Of a stretch of DNA of 64,000 nt, positions 37,036 through 45,766 are shown piece by piece. A model generated the notes under the pieces. The model was not told the origin of the DNA. It did no database searches and worked only from the letters and a program-made list of their open reading frames with translations. This DNA is from Marispirochaeta sp. GTDB lineage: Bacteria; Spirochaetota; Spirochaetia; JC444; Marispirochaetaceae. The stretch covers positions 448,001-512,000 of the forward strand of contig CAXXFF010000001.1 of the NCBI GenBank assembly GCA_963676835.2, written 5' to 3'. The translations under genes and the position numbers were made by a program. Within the stretch, counting starts at the first letter, position 1; each line of letters starts with the position of its first letter.

Positions 37036-39525
37036 ATGGCATTTTCCCGTCGTCAGCGTATTGTACTCGAAGTTATTATTGGCCTAACCCTGCTGGTTGC
37101 CCTGGGTACCGGAGTTACCCTGGGTGTAGCAATGGCCGCCATGAAGAATATAGATATTGTAAGAGAGCTCAGGGATTACAAACCGGCTCTTCCCACCCAG
37201 GTTCTGGACCGTAACGGTAGGCTTATCACCGAGTTTTTCGGTGAAGAGAAGCGCGATATCGTCCATATCGATGAACTTCCCAAGCATCTGATCTATGCCG
37301 TACTCACCCGGGAGGACCGTAATTTCTACGAACACAAGGGTTTTGACTTTTTCCGGACCGCCCGGGCTACCCTCGATATGGTTACCGGAAACTTCTCGGG
37401 AGGCGGCAGTACCATTACCCAGCAGGTTGCCGGCCGTCTTTTTGCCGACCGTTCCCAGAAGACCATTACCAGGAAGCTGGTGGAGCTCTGGTATGCTGTT
37501 CTGCTTGAACGGGCTCTGACTAAAAACGAAATTCTGGAACTGTATTTAAATCAGGAAATTCTCGGACACGGAACCTACGGCGTGGAAGCCGCATCTCAGC
37601 TTTACTTCGGTCATTCCGCCCGGGATGTCAGCGTTGCGGAAGCTGCCGTGCTGGTGCCGCTCTTTTCCGCACCTTCCCGGTATTCGCCTATTCTTCACCC
37701 CGAGTTTGCCAAGGACCGGCAGCGCTATGTCCTTGATCAGATGGTGAGCATCGGCTATGTAAGCAAAGAAGAAGCAGACAGCTCATTTGAAAAATTCTGG
37801 GACAACTGGGACTTTACCCGGTCAAACACCACCAGCGCCTATTTTTCCAACGAGAGCCTTGCACCCTACTTCTCTGAGTATGTGCGCCAGGAACTTGAAG
37901 ATCTGCTCTTCGGTTCGGTGGATATCTATAAAGACGGTTACGTTGTTCATACCACCCTGGACCTTGATTACCAGCGCGATGCGGATGAGATTATGCAGGA
38001 GGGCCTCCGCTCGGTTAACCAGCGCTATCAGGCAACCTCCAACGACCGCTTCGACGTGGTAAATCAGGAATACATACCCTTTCTTGATATGATGGCCCTG
38101 GCATTCAACCTGGAGAATCTCAAGGTAGCCGGAGCGCAGCAGAAGCGGGATGCGAAGAATGATTACCTGAGCGATGTTAACCCCCTGGTAGACCTCTTGG
38201 CGATGACCACCGGTTCCCGGGAACTGCATAAACTTGCCAGGGAAACCTATAACCTCATTAAAGAGAAAAACGAGCGCACCACCGTTGAAGGCGCCCTTAT
38301 AAGTCTTGAGAACGAAACAGGACATATTCTTGCCATGGTGGGCGGTTCGGATTTTGAGACCAAGAAACTCAACAGGGCGGTACAGTCAAAGCTGCAGCCC
38401 GGCTCCAGTTTCAAGCCTCTTTACTACTCTGCCGCCATTTCCTCTGGCAAGTTCACCCCGGCAACCAGGCTGTATGATGGTCCCATCGTATTCTGGAATG
38501 CCGACGGCACCCCCTATGAACCGACCAACTATCTTGGAGAGTGGAAGGGATCTGTTCTGCTCCGGTTTGCACTGGCAACCTCCATGAACGTTCCTTCCAT
38601 CCAGGTTCTTGACGGCATAGGCTTCGATGCAGCCATAGACCGGGCATCACGGCTGCTGGGGCTCTATGAATACCGCAATAACGAGGATATTTTTCCCAGG
38701 CGTTATCCCCTTGGATTGGGAATTGTGTCGGTTGCCCCTATAAATATGGTCAGAGCCTTTGCCACCTTCCCCAACGGCGGAAAAGAGGTGGTGCCCATTG
38801 CCATAACCTATATTCAGGACCGCCAGGGGAATATGGTCCTTGAACACGAAAAAGATCTGCTTAACGAACGCAAAGGCAAGGACACCCGGATACTTTCTCC
38901 CCAGGCAGCCTACGTAATGGTCAACCTGCTGCAGAGTACAGTGGAGTTCGGAACCCTTGCTAACCGGCGCCGCAATATCGGCGGCTTCGACGGAATGCCC
39001 ATGGCGGGTAAAACCGGAACCACCCAGAACTGGGGAGACGCCTGGACCGTCGGATTTTCCCCTTACATGACCACTGCCGTCTGGTTCGGATTTGATATGC
39101 CCGGAAACAGTCTGGGGCGCTACCTTACAGGAGCTACCGCTGCCGGTCCCATCTGGGCCAAATACATGAAAACCGTTCACACAGGTCTTGAACCCAAAGA
39201 GTTCACCAAACCCGATTCCGGGCTGGTTACCGTCAGGGTCTGCGCCGAATCGGGAATGCTGCCCACCCAGGACTGTGACGACGGCATTATTGAAGAGATA
39301 TTCATCGCCGGCACCGAACCCCGGCAAGCCTGTGACATACACGAGTTCCAGAAGGACCGGGATGAGCTGTTGATAAAGAAAATTCAGGACAACATGCTTA
39401 CCCAGGACCTTTCGCTGGATTCTTTCGATATTCCCGATCTTCCCCTTCCCTTCGATGAAGATCCCGGTGACAGCAATCCGCTTCTGGATGATTCCAGCGA
39501 TTCCGTTAATCCGCTGCTTGACTGA
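37036..39525 (+). CDS. mrcA: Class A penicillin-binding protein (PBP1A family)
   Basis: EDRNFYEH and GGSTITQQ transglycosylase motifs; SSFK, SMN and KTG transpeptidase motifs. Confidence 0.93.
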   Translation: MAFSRRQRIVLEVIIGLTLLVALGTGVTLGVAMAAMKNIDIVRELRDYKPALPTQVLDRNGRLITEFFGEEKRDIVHIDELPKHLIYAVLTREDRNFYEHKGFDFFRTARATLDMVTGNFSGGGSTITQQVAGRLFADRSQKTITRKLVELWYAVLLERALTKNEILELYLNQEILGHGTYGVEAASQLYFGHSARDVSVAEAAVLVPLFSAPSRYSPILHPEFAKDRQRYVLDQMVSIGYVSKEEADSSFEKFWDNWDFTRSNTTSAYFSNESLAPYFSEYVRQELEDLLFGSVDIYKDGYVVHTTLDLDYQRDADEIMQEGLRSVNQRYQATSNDRFDVVNQEYIPFLDMMALAFNLENLKVAGAQQKRDAKNDYLSDVNPLVDLLAMTTGSRELHKLARETYNLIKEKNERTTVEGALISLENETGHILAMVGGSDFETKKLNRAVQSKLQPGSSFKPLYYSAAISSGKFTPATRLYDGPIVFWNADGTPYEPTNYLGEWKGSVLLRFALATSMNVPSIQVLDGIGFDAAIDRASRLLGLYEYRNNEDIFPRRYPLGLGIVSVAPINMVRAFATFPNGGKEVVPIAITYIQDRQGNMVLEHEKDLLNERKGKDTRILSPQAAYVMVNLLQSTVEFGTLANRRRNIGGFDGMPMAGKTGTTQNWGDAWTVGFSPYMTTAVWFGFDMPGNSLGRYLTGATAAGPIWAKYMKTVHTGLEPKEFTKPDSGLVTVRVCAESGMLPTQDCDDGIIEEIFIAGTEPRQACDIHEFQKDRDELLIKKIQDNMLTQDLSLDSFDIPDLPLPFDEDPGDSNPLLDDSSDSVNPLLD

Positions 39526-39539
39526 TTAAGGAGGCTTCC

Positions 39540-39932
39540 ATGCAGGTAATGATCAAGGATGTAATAGTAAAACGCCGAATCCGCGTGAATCTGGGAAACC
39601 TTAATCAGCTTGCCGAGAGCCTCCGTAATCACGGACAGATGAACCCCATTGTACTTACCCCGAAAAACGAGCTTATAGCAGGCCACAGGCGGCTTGAGGC
39701 GGCAAAAAAACTGGGATGGCAGACTATTGAGGCAAAAGTGGTGGGAAACATCTCGGAAGCGGATAAAATAGAGATGGAGATTGATGAGAACCTTCACCGC
39801 CGGCCCTTAAGCCCCGACGAACTTGCCGACGGCTACGGCCGGCTGGACAAGCTCCGCAACCCCGGTTTTTTCCGGCGGCTCTGGTTAAAGATCGCCGCTT
39901 TCTTTAAAAAGATCTTTCGAAAGCGGCGCTGA
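39540..39932 (+). CDS. Small ParB/Srx N-terminal-domain protein
   Basis: LAESL..HGQMNPI...LIAGHRRLEA...ENL.R. Confidence 0.85.
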   Translation: MQVMIKDVIVKRRIRVNLGNLNQLAESLRNHGQMNPIVLTPKNELIAGHRRLEAAKKLGWQTIEAKVVGNISEADKIEMEIDENLHRRPLSPDELADGYGRLDKLRNPGFFRRLWLKIAAFFKKIFRKRR

Positions 39933-39972
39933 ATTAAAACTTACCTTTCTGTTTACTTTCTCAACTTCCAGG

Positions 39973-41550
39973 CTACTGCAGGTTCCAGATATCATGGAAT
40001 GAGTGGCTGTGCTCACAGTAGCGGCAGACAAAGCGGTTTTCCAGAGACTGGATAAACTCGGGCTGTACATTCTCATGAAACTCACCCCTGGAAATACAGT
40101 TTTCATTCTTACAGGAGATCTCATCAAAGCCGTACACTTTAGGGGGCATATTCATGCGGTACTTTTTCTGCACCATGGAGTTGTCGATTATATTCAGGGT
40201 ACATCCCGGGGCAATTGCCGCAAGCATTTTTAGCTGGTGCTCATCGAAGGAGATAATATCCGGCAGGGAGATTAAGCCCTTAAAAATCTCGGGATGACTT
40301 GAGTGATAAACCCCGTGGGAGGAGCGGATATTGAAGCCCATAATACGGCGGATCTTGTCTATGTGATCCCAGATAAGCTTCACATCCCTTCCCCGGCCGA
40401 TATGATCAATAACAATACCCCGTTCCACCGGCTTAATGCCGACCTTGTATTCATCCTGCTTTTTACCGCCATGGGCAACGGCAACTTCCTGAACAAACTC
40501 TTCGCTGATCTCTTTTTCAGAATGGGGCTCACCCTTGAAATCTTTGCCAAGATCCCCTGCAAGCAGCCCTATCTCGACAATACGGGTGTAATATCCGTTT
40601 ACGGACTGCTCGTCCCAGGCATTAAGGTTTGTATGATCCAGAAACCCGGGGATTGTCGGATGTTCCCTGTGTCTTGGAAGGGGATGATAGAAACGGGTGC
40701 CTTCGTTGAGCATTGGAATAAACTCTTTACGAAAGGTAATTGCCCGGCGCAGGGATTCTGCCTTTTCAAGGATTTCATCTCCCATTCTTTCAAGCTGGGG
40801 ACGGGTAAAATACCAGATAAGCGCCGGGTTTCCGGCGGCAAGATACTCTTCAATAGACTCAAACTCATTAACCTTGAAGCCGTTCTCCGCCATTTTGTCT
40901 TTGTAATAGGCAGGCATGGAGAGCTCTTCCGGAGCTACCAGGTCTACTTCCACATTCTTGAATACCTTGAGGCCGTTAACCTTTGAATGGACCGTTCTGC
41001 CGTGAAAAAGATCTCCCACCAGGGCAATGCGCAGATGATCCCGGTTCCAGTTCAGATGTTCAAGAAAGCTGAACTCATCCAGAAACTCCTGGGTCGGATG
41101 CTCGTGTTTGCCGTCACCGCCGTTTATGAAGGATGGCCGTTCCTTGCCGATCCGCTCAGCATAGGCGCCCAGCTCTTCATCCAGCCAGCGGCAGAGCCCC
41201 TCCTGCCTTGAACGGACAATAAACAGGGACCGTTCACAGTAGCCGAAAAGCATTTTAATGGTATCCGTAATGCTTTCGCTTTTGTTGAAGGATGAGGTTG
41301 CTGTGTTAAAGTGATTGACCCGTACACCGTGGAATTGCGCCGCATTGGCAAATGATTCGCGGGTTCTGGTGCTGTCCTCCAGAAAAAAGAGATATGCCCC
41401 GAGGTTGGGATCATTAATGCGGAACTGTTCAAGCCCCTTTCCGCTTTTCAGACACTCCTTAAGCTCACGGGTCTTCTCATACAGATAGAGCTGTTCATCA
41501 ATTGAAAAATCCTCTACAACGGTTAGACTACGTCCCTTGAATACCGACAC
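39973..41550 (-). CDS. pyrBI: Fused aspartate carbamoyltransferase catalytic/regulatory chain
   Basis: STRT, HPTQ, HPLP catalytic motifs followed by PyrI VIDHI and zinc cysteines (CKNENC...CRYC). Confidence 0.93.
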   Translation of the reverse strand: MSVFKGRSLTVVEDFSIDEQLYLYEKTRELKECLKSGKGLEQFRINDPNLGAYLFFLEDSTRTRESFANAAQFHGVRVNHFNTATSSFNKSESITDTIKMLFGYCERSLFIVRSRQEGLCRWLDEELGAYAERIGKERPSFINGGDGKHEHPTQEFLDEFSFLEHLNWNRDHLRIALVGDLFHGRTVHSKVNGLKVFKNVEVDLVAPEELSMPAYYKDKMAENGFKVNEFESIEEYLAAGNPALIWYFTRPQLERMGDEILEKAESLRRAITFRKEFIPMLNEGTRFYHPLPRHREHPTIPGFLDHTNLNAWDEQSVNGYYTRIVEIGLLAGDLGKDFKGEPHSEKEISEEFVQEVAVAHGGKKQDEYKVGIKPVERGIVIDHIGRGRDVKLIWDHIDKIRRIMGFNIRSSHGVYHSSHPEIFKGLISLPDIISFDEHQLKMLAAIAPGCTLNIIDNSMVQKKYRMNMPPKVYGFDEISCKNENCISRGEFHENVQPEFIQSLENRFVCRYCEHSHSFHDIWNLQ

Positions 41551-41623
41551 ACATTCCTCCAGCGATTAAATACCCTGCGGGCAATGGACAGCTCTAAAAA
41601 CGTGGTTTAGAGCTGCCCCTATA

Positions 41624-43165
41624 TTATTCTGCAATACTCTGCAGAGTTTCAGGATCAAGTACAAGCAGGCTGCCGTCATCCGCCTGGGCGTAAAGGGCAC
41701 CGGATTTCAGGCTGAGCCAGCTCTGGGGCAGTACTCCTGCTTCGGATGCGGCTTCCAGCTGCAGGTCGCCGTTAAAGCGGCCGATCTTATAGCCGTTATC
41801 GTCAATAACACCGAAAACCCTGCGTCCATCCACAAGAATAAAACTTTCTGCAAACATATCCGTATCGCCCTGGGCATTCATTTCAAAGCTTTCGGGATCT
41901 ATGCTTACAAGGCGTATGGCACGGTTGCCTCCGGACTCTCCGGCAATAACCAGGTAGGCATCTCCGAGAACCGCCAGATCCCGGGAGTGAATGGTATTGA
42001 TGCCGGAACGGCGGGTAATGCTTCCGCTTTTTGAATCGGAGTTGATAAGCTGTCTCAAACCGGCGGATTTATCCACCAGGTAAAGGAAAGGAACCTGCTC
42101 GGATTTATCCGCCGCCCGTTCTTCGATAATTCCCCGCTCATCGCCGGCAATTCCTTCACGTTCATCCCGGATTCTCTCAACCCGCTGCTGCACATCCGCT
42201 TCCGCCTTGCTTATATCCTCTTCCTTTGCGGCGGTATCTTCCTGCCGCTTCTGCACATCCTCTTCGCGTTTCGCAAGCTCATCTTCTCTGGCTGCAAGCT
42301 CTTCCTCCCGGGCTGCCCGCTCTTCGGGATTGCTTATTTCCTTCGCCTGCGCCTTGTCTTCTTCAAGCTGCGATTTGTCTTCGATGATCTGCCGGCTGTC
42401 TTCCTCGATGGCGGATTTTTCCTCTGCCAGAGCGTCTTTCGCCTCTTCGATCTTTCCCTGGTCCTCTTCTATTTCCCGCTCTTTCAATTCCGTCATCTCT
42501 TTGCGTTCCGGGATACCCTTATCTTCCTCACCCCGAAGTTCATTGATAACCTCATCGCCCGTAAGAGCATCGGTAGCAATTTTACCTTCGCCGTCGGAGA
42601 ACATGGCAGCTGTCAGGGGCAGAAGCAGCTGGGTATTGCCCGGCCACTGGCTGTAGACCGTTGCAAGGCCGGCCTTTGCAGGATCGAGAAAAGAGACCAC
42701 CATGGGCTGATAGGAGCTTGAAAAGTAGCCCGCATCGCCCCGGTGCACGGCGTTATAATAGCTTGCGAACTCAGCCAGCAGCTCTGCCTCTTCAAAACTG
42801 TAGCCGTAGGCCTGTTCAATATATGCGGCAAGAATCCGACGGAGGTTGCGGATATGATCCACCTGAGCGGATGCTTCGAGGATAAAAATATCTGCACTTA
42901 GAAGCTCCTGTTCCGCATCGTAAATACGCTTAATACGGTATTTACCGTCCAGCAGCACCGATCCGCCGGACATGCCGGAAGCAAGACTGCGGCCGATTCC
43001 AAGAATCTGGGAGAGAGAATCAATACGGTCGTGGGGGCCCTCATAATTGACAAATTCAACGGTGCCGATATCGACACTCTTAAGTTCAGATTCATCCAGA
43101 TCCTGGGACCATAGCGGCGAGATCAGAACGGCAGCGACGGCCAAAAGCGGCAGCAGACGTTTCAT
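41624..43165 (-). CDS. P83/100 family spirochaetal protein
   Basis: EFVNYEGP...VDHIRNLRRI...YNAVHRGD motifs and central charged coiled coil; ATG 43165 with GGAGG. Confidence 0.85.
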   Translation of the reverse strand: MKRLLPLLAVAAVLISPLWSQDLDESELKSVDIGTVEFVNYEGPHDRIDSLSQILGIGRSLASGMSGGSVLLDGKYRIKRIYDAEQELLSADIFILEASAQVDHIRNLRRILAAYIEQAYGYSFEEAELLAEFASYYNAVHRGDAGYFSSSYQPMVVSFLDPAKAGLATVYSQWPGNTQLLLPLTAAMFSDGEGKIATDALTGDEVINELRGEEDKGIPERKEMTELKEREIEEDQGKIEEAKDALAEEKSAIEEDSRQIIEDKSQLEEDKAQAKEISNPEERAAREEELAAREDELAKREEDVQKRQEDTAAKEEDISKAEADVQQRVERIRDEREGIAGDERGIIEERAADKSEQVPFLYLVDKSAGLRQLINSDSKSGSITRRSGINTIHSRDLAVLGDAYLVIAGESGGNRAIRLVSIDPESFEMNAQGDTDMFAESFILVDGRRVFGVIDDNGYKIGRFNGDLQLEAASEAGVLPQSWLSLKSGALYAQADDGSLLVLDPETLQSIAE

Positions 43166-43237
43166 GGCATCCTCCATTACCTTCAAGTATACGGTAGAAG
43201 CGCGGTTTTGACAGCCCATTTTACTGTGAGTTGAAAC

Positions 43238-44983
43238 TTAATTGCGGTACTGAATAAGCTCCAGGGCATACTTGCGGTTTTCCCCATCCGGAGAGAGCCG
43301 ATAAACAGCCAGAGCACTCCGATAGAGGGAAAAATCAGGAATTGCGCCGTTATAGTCGAGGATTTTTCCAAGCGCCCCTATGCCCGCCCGTACAAGAAGG
43401 GAATTACCCCGGGCGACACCTTCAGCCTCAAGGACGGAAGCTATAGCCCTGCAGGAACTTCCATCCGCATCAGAGCCTATATTCCCGAGCCCCTCCATGG
43501 CAGCGGCTATAACTTCGTCCTGCCAGCCCTCCCGGGTTATTCGCTGCAGGGTTTTGCGCGAGGAAAACGCCCCCTCAGCGGCCAGGAGCTTTACACTCCT
43601 TAAACGGAGATCCGGATAATCGTTGGAAACTCTGGAACCGCTGTACAGTGGTGCCTCAAAGGCTTCTGCGGCTATTCTTCGAACCGTGTCAGCATAGAAT
43701 GGCGGATAACGGTAATTCCCCGGCTCCCCTTCTCCAAGCTTCTCCTCCGCCAGGGCCAGGGCTTTTTCACGGCCGAATCTGCCCGGCTGCTCCATAAAAG
43801 CCTGAATAAGCAGATAATCCGGGTCTGTTTGCCATGGAGCCGGCCGGGGGAGGCCGCCGATGAGCCTGCGGTTCCAGCGGCTGCCGGAAGCAGCACCGGG
43901 ACCGTTCCAGAGATCACCGGCAAAATCGGGAGAAGCACGGTATACGTAGAGGTTCCAGTCAGCACCGCCGCCGGCAAGAAGATCCTTCCCGGCCATGCCC
44001 GGCCGGTCGGTAACTCCCGGAAGCTTCAGGGTCTGAATAATTTCACCCCGGGGGGAAATTGTCGAAAGAGTTCCGTCCTCCCCGCAGGCAGTCAAACCGC
44101 CCCCGGTATTTGTAAAAAGCGCGGCGGGTCGGGTAAGCGGGGTTTTGATCCGGAAAAGTTCATCCCCGGCGCTATTGAAGGCAGTTACAGTTCCGCTTTT
44201 TTCAAGAACAGCGATGCCTCCTGGAACTTCACTTAAAAAATAGCCGGGACCGGATAGCTGCCTGCTCCAGGAGAGATGTCCGTCGGATGTAACTGCAGCC
44301 AGGGTGCCTTCGTTGCTGGCTGCATAGAGATACTCATCTCCCGCTGCCAGGGCCACCGCAGGGCCGGCCAGTCTGAAGCGCCAGGAAGGCTCTCCCCAGG
44401 GGTACCAGGCCTGCAGAAAACCGCTGCTTTCAGGCAGTATCAGCCTGCCCCTGCTGTCAATCAGAGGCTGACCGTAAACACTGGTCTCCAGATTCTCCTT
44501 CCAGAGAAGGGTCCCACGGTGATCAAGGGTCAGCATGGTTTTCCCCGCCACAGCATATATCTGCCCATCACTTCCACTGACAGGATCGGCGGTCAGAGGT
44601 TCATCGAGTCCCAGGTTCCATATCACTCTTCCGGCATTGTTAAGGGCAGTCAGCCTGGGCCTGCGCAGACCCATATAGGTGGTTCCGTCCACACCGACAC
44701 TTAAGAAATCTCCGGGGATTCCCGGAAGATCATCGCGCCTGAGGATTTTGCCCTCCCTGCTGACCCGGTATATGTACCGGTCTTCCGAAGCGAATAGAAT
44801 ATTCCCCCGTAAGTCTGCAGCAGGACGGCCCTTAATACGCCCCCCCGTGGGGAGCCTGAATAAAAATCCCTGCTGATTTTCATCGTACTCTTCTGCTGCA
44901 AGAGAACCGGAGGCGGCGGTTATAGCGAGGAAAAGCATAAAAATCATGATGGGAAATCTGAGAAAGCCGATAAGCCTCAACAC
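43238..44983 (-). CDS. PQQ-like (BamB-type) beta-propeller protein with helical C-terminal domain
   Basis: Repeated G...W blades and N-terminal signal/TM. Confidence 0.7.
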   Translation of the reverse strand: MLRLIGFLRFPIMIFMLFLAITAASGSLAAEEYDENQQGFLFRLPTGGRIKGRPAADLRGNILFASEDRYIYRVSREGKILRRDDLPGIPGDFLSVGVDGTTYMGLRRPRLTALNNAGRVIWNLGLDEPLTADPVSGSDGQIYAVAGKTMLTLDHRGTLLWKENLETSVYGQPLIDSRGRLILPESSGFLQAWYPWGEPSWRFRLAGPAVALAAGDEYLYAASNEGTLAAVTSDGHLSWSRQLSGPGYFLSEVPGGIAVLEKSGTVTAFNSAGDELFRIKTPLTRPAALFTNTGGGLTACGEDGTLSTISPRGEIIQTLKLPGVTDRPGMAGKDLLAGGGADWNLYVYRASPDFAGDLWNGPGAASGSRWNRRLIGGLPRPAPWQTDPDYLLIQAFMEQPGRFGREKALALAEEKLGEGEPGNYRYPPFYADTVRRIAAEAFEAPLYSGSRVSNDYPDLRLRSVKLLAAEGAFSSRKTLQRITREGWQDEVIAAAMEGLGNIGSDADGSSCRAIASVLEAEGVARGNSLLVRAGIGALGKILDYNGAIPDFSLYRSALAVYRLSPDGENRKYALELIQYRN

Positions 44984-45684
44984 CGGTAGGCACCTTTACA
45001 GAAAGAGGCACAGGGGCATGAGACACAGCTGCACCGGGCTCCGCAATGCTGTTTGCCGTGCTCCACAATCAGAGCATGGTATTCGCTGTAAATGTCAGCA
45101 TCTGCAGGCAGCACCTGCTCAAACTTGTTTCTCACTTCTTCATAATCCCCCATTTTCTCCACTCCCGCAAGGCGGCTTAAAAAACGGCGGGTGTACAAAT
45201 CAGCAATAAACAGGGGAACAGAAAAGGCATAGAGCAGTATGGAGTCGGCGGTTTCATAGCCGACACCCTTTATGGAGAGAAGAAAATCACGGCCCGGGGG
45301 ATTTTCCGGGAAGCTGAGATAGGGAGCTAAGGCTTTTGCCACTGCCAGAATACGCACAGCCTTCTGCCGGAAATATCCGCTTGACCGTATGAGACTCTCT
45401 ATCTCCTCCCGACCAAAGCGCAGCAGGTCTTCAGGAAGCAAAACACCTGCATTATACAGATTTATAAGTGCCTTTTCGGCATTATTCCAGTTGGTATTCT
45501 GGGTAAGTACCGCTCCAAGAATAATGGAGAAACGCTCCTCAGCACCGATCTCAGCCTTGTATCCGGCCAGCCGGTATCCCCGGGGACCATATCCATGGGT
45601 ACCGGCACGATACGGAATGGGCCACCATCCCTGTTCCCCGTAGGCGGCAAAAAGAATACTGTACACTTTTTCCAGACCGCTCAT
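44977..45684 (-). CDS. HhH-GPD endonuclease III-related DNA glycosylase
   Basis: GAVLTQNTNW, KGVGYETADSILLYA, C-terminal Cys cluster. Confidence 0.88.
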   Translation of the reverse strand: MSGLEKVYSILFAAYGEQGWWPIPYRAGTHGYGPRGYRLAGYKAEIGAEERFSIILGAVLTQNTNWNNAEKALINLYNAGVLLPEDLLRFGREEIESLIRSSGYFRQKAVRILAVAKALAPYLSFPENPPGRDFLLSIKGVGYETADSILLYAFSVPLFIADLYTRRFLSRLAGVEKMGDYEEVRNKFEQVLPADADIYSEYHALIVEHGKQHCGARCSCVSCPCASFCKGAYRC

Positions 45685-45713
45685 CCCCGGAAGTGTTGCA
45701 TTAATAGGGGGAT

Positions 45714-45745
45714 AAAAAAAGAGCCCCCGCTAACACGGAGGCTCT
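45714..45745 (-). terminator. Intrinsic terminator of ppdK
   Basis: AGAGCC.CCG/CGG.GGCTCT stem with T-run on the minus strand. Confidence 0.65.
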
Positions 45746-45766
45746 GCAGTAAGCAGTCCCGCAGAC

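Noticed and set aside
39973..41550. PyrB-PyrI fusion as novel
   Set aside because: Already known from Treponema denticola and Thermotoga.
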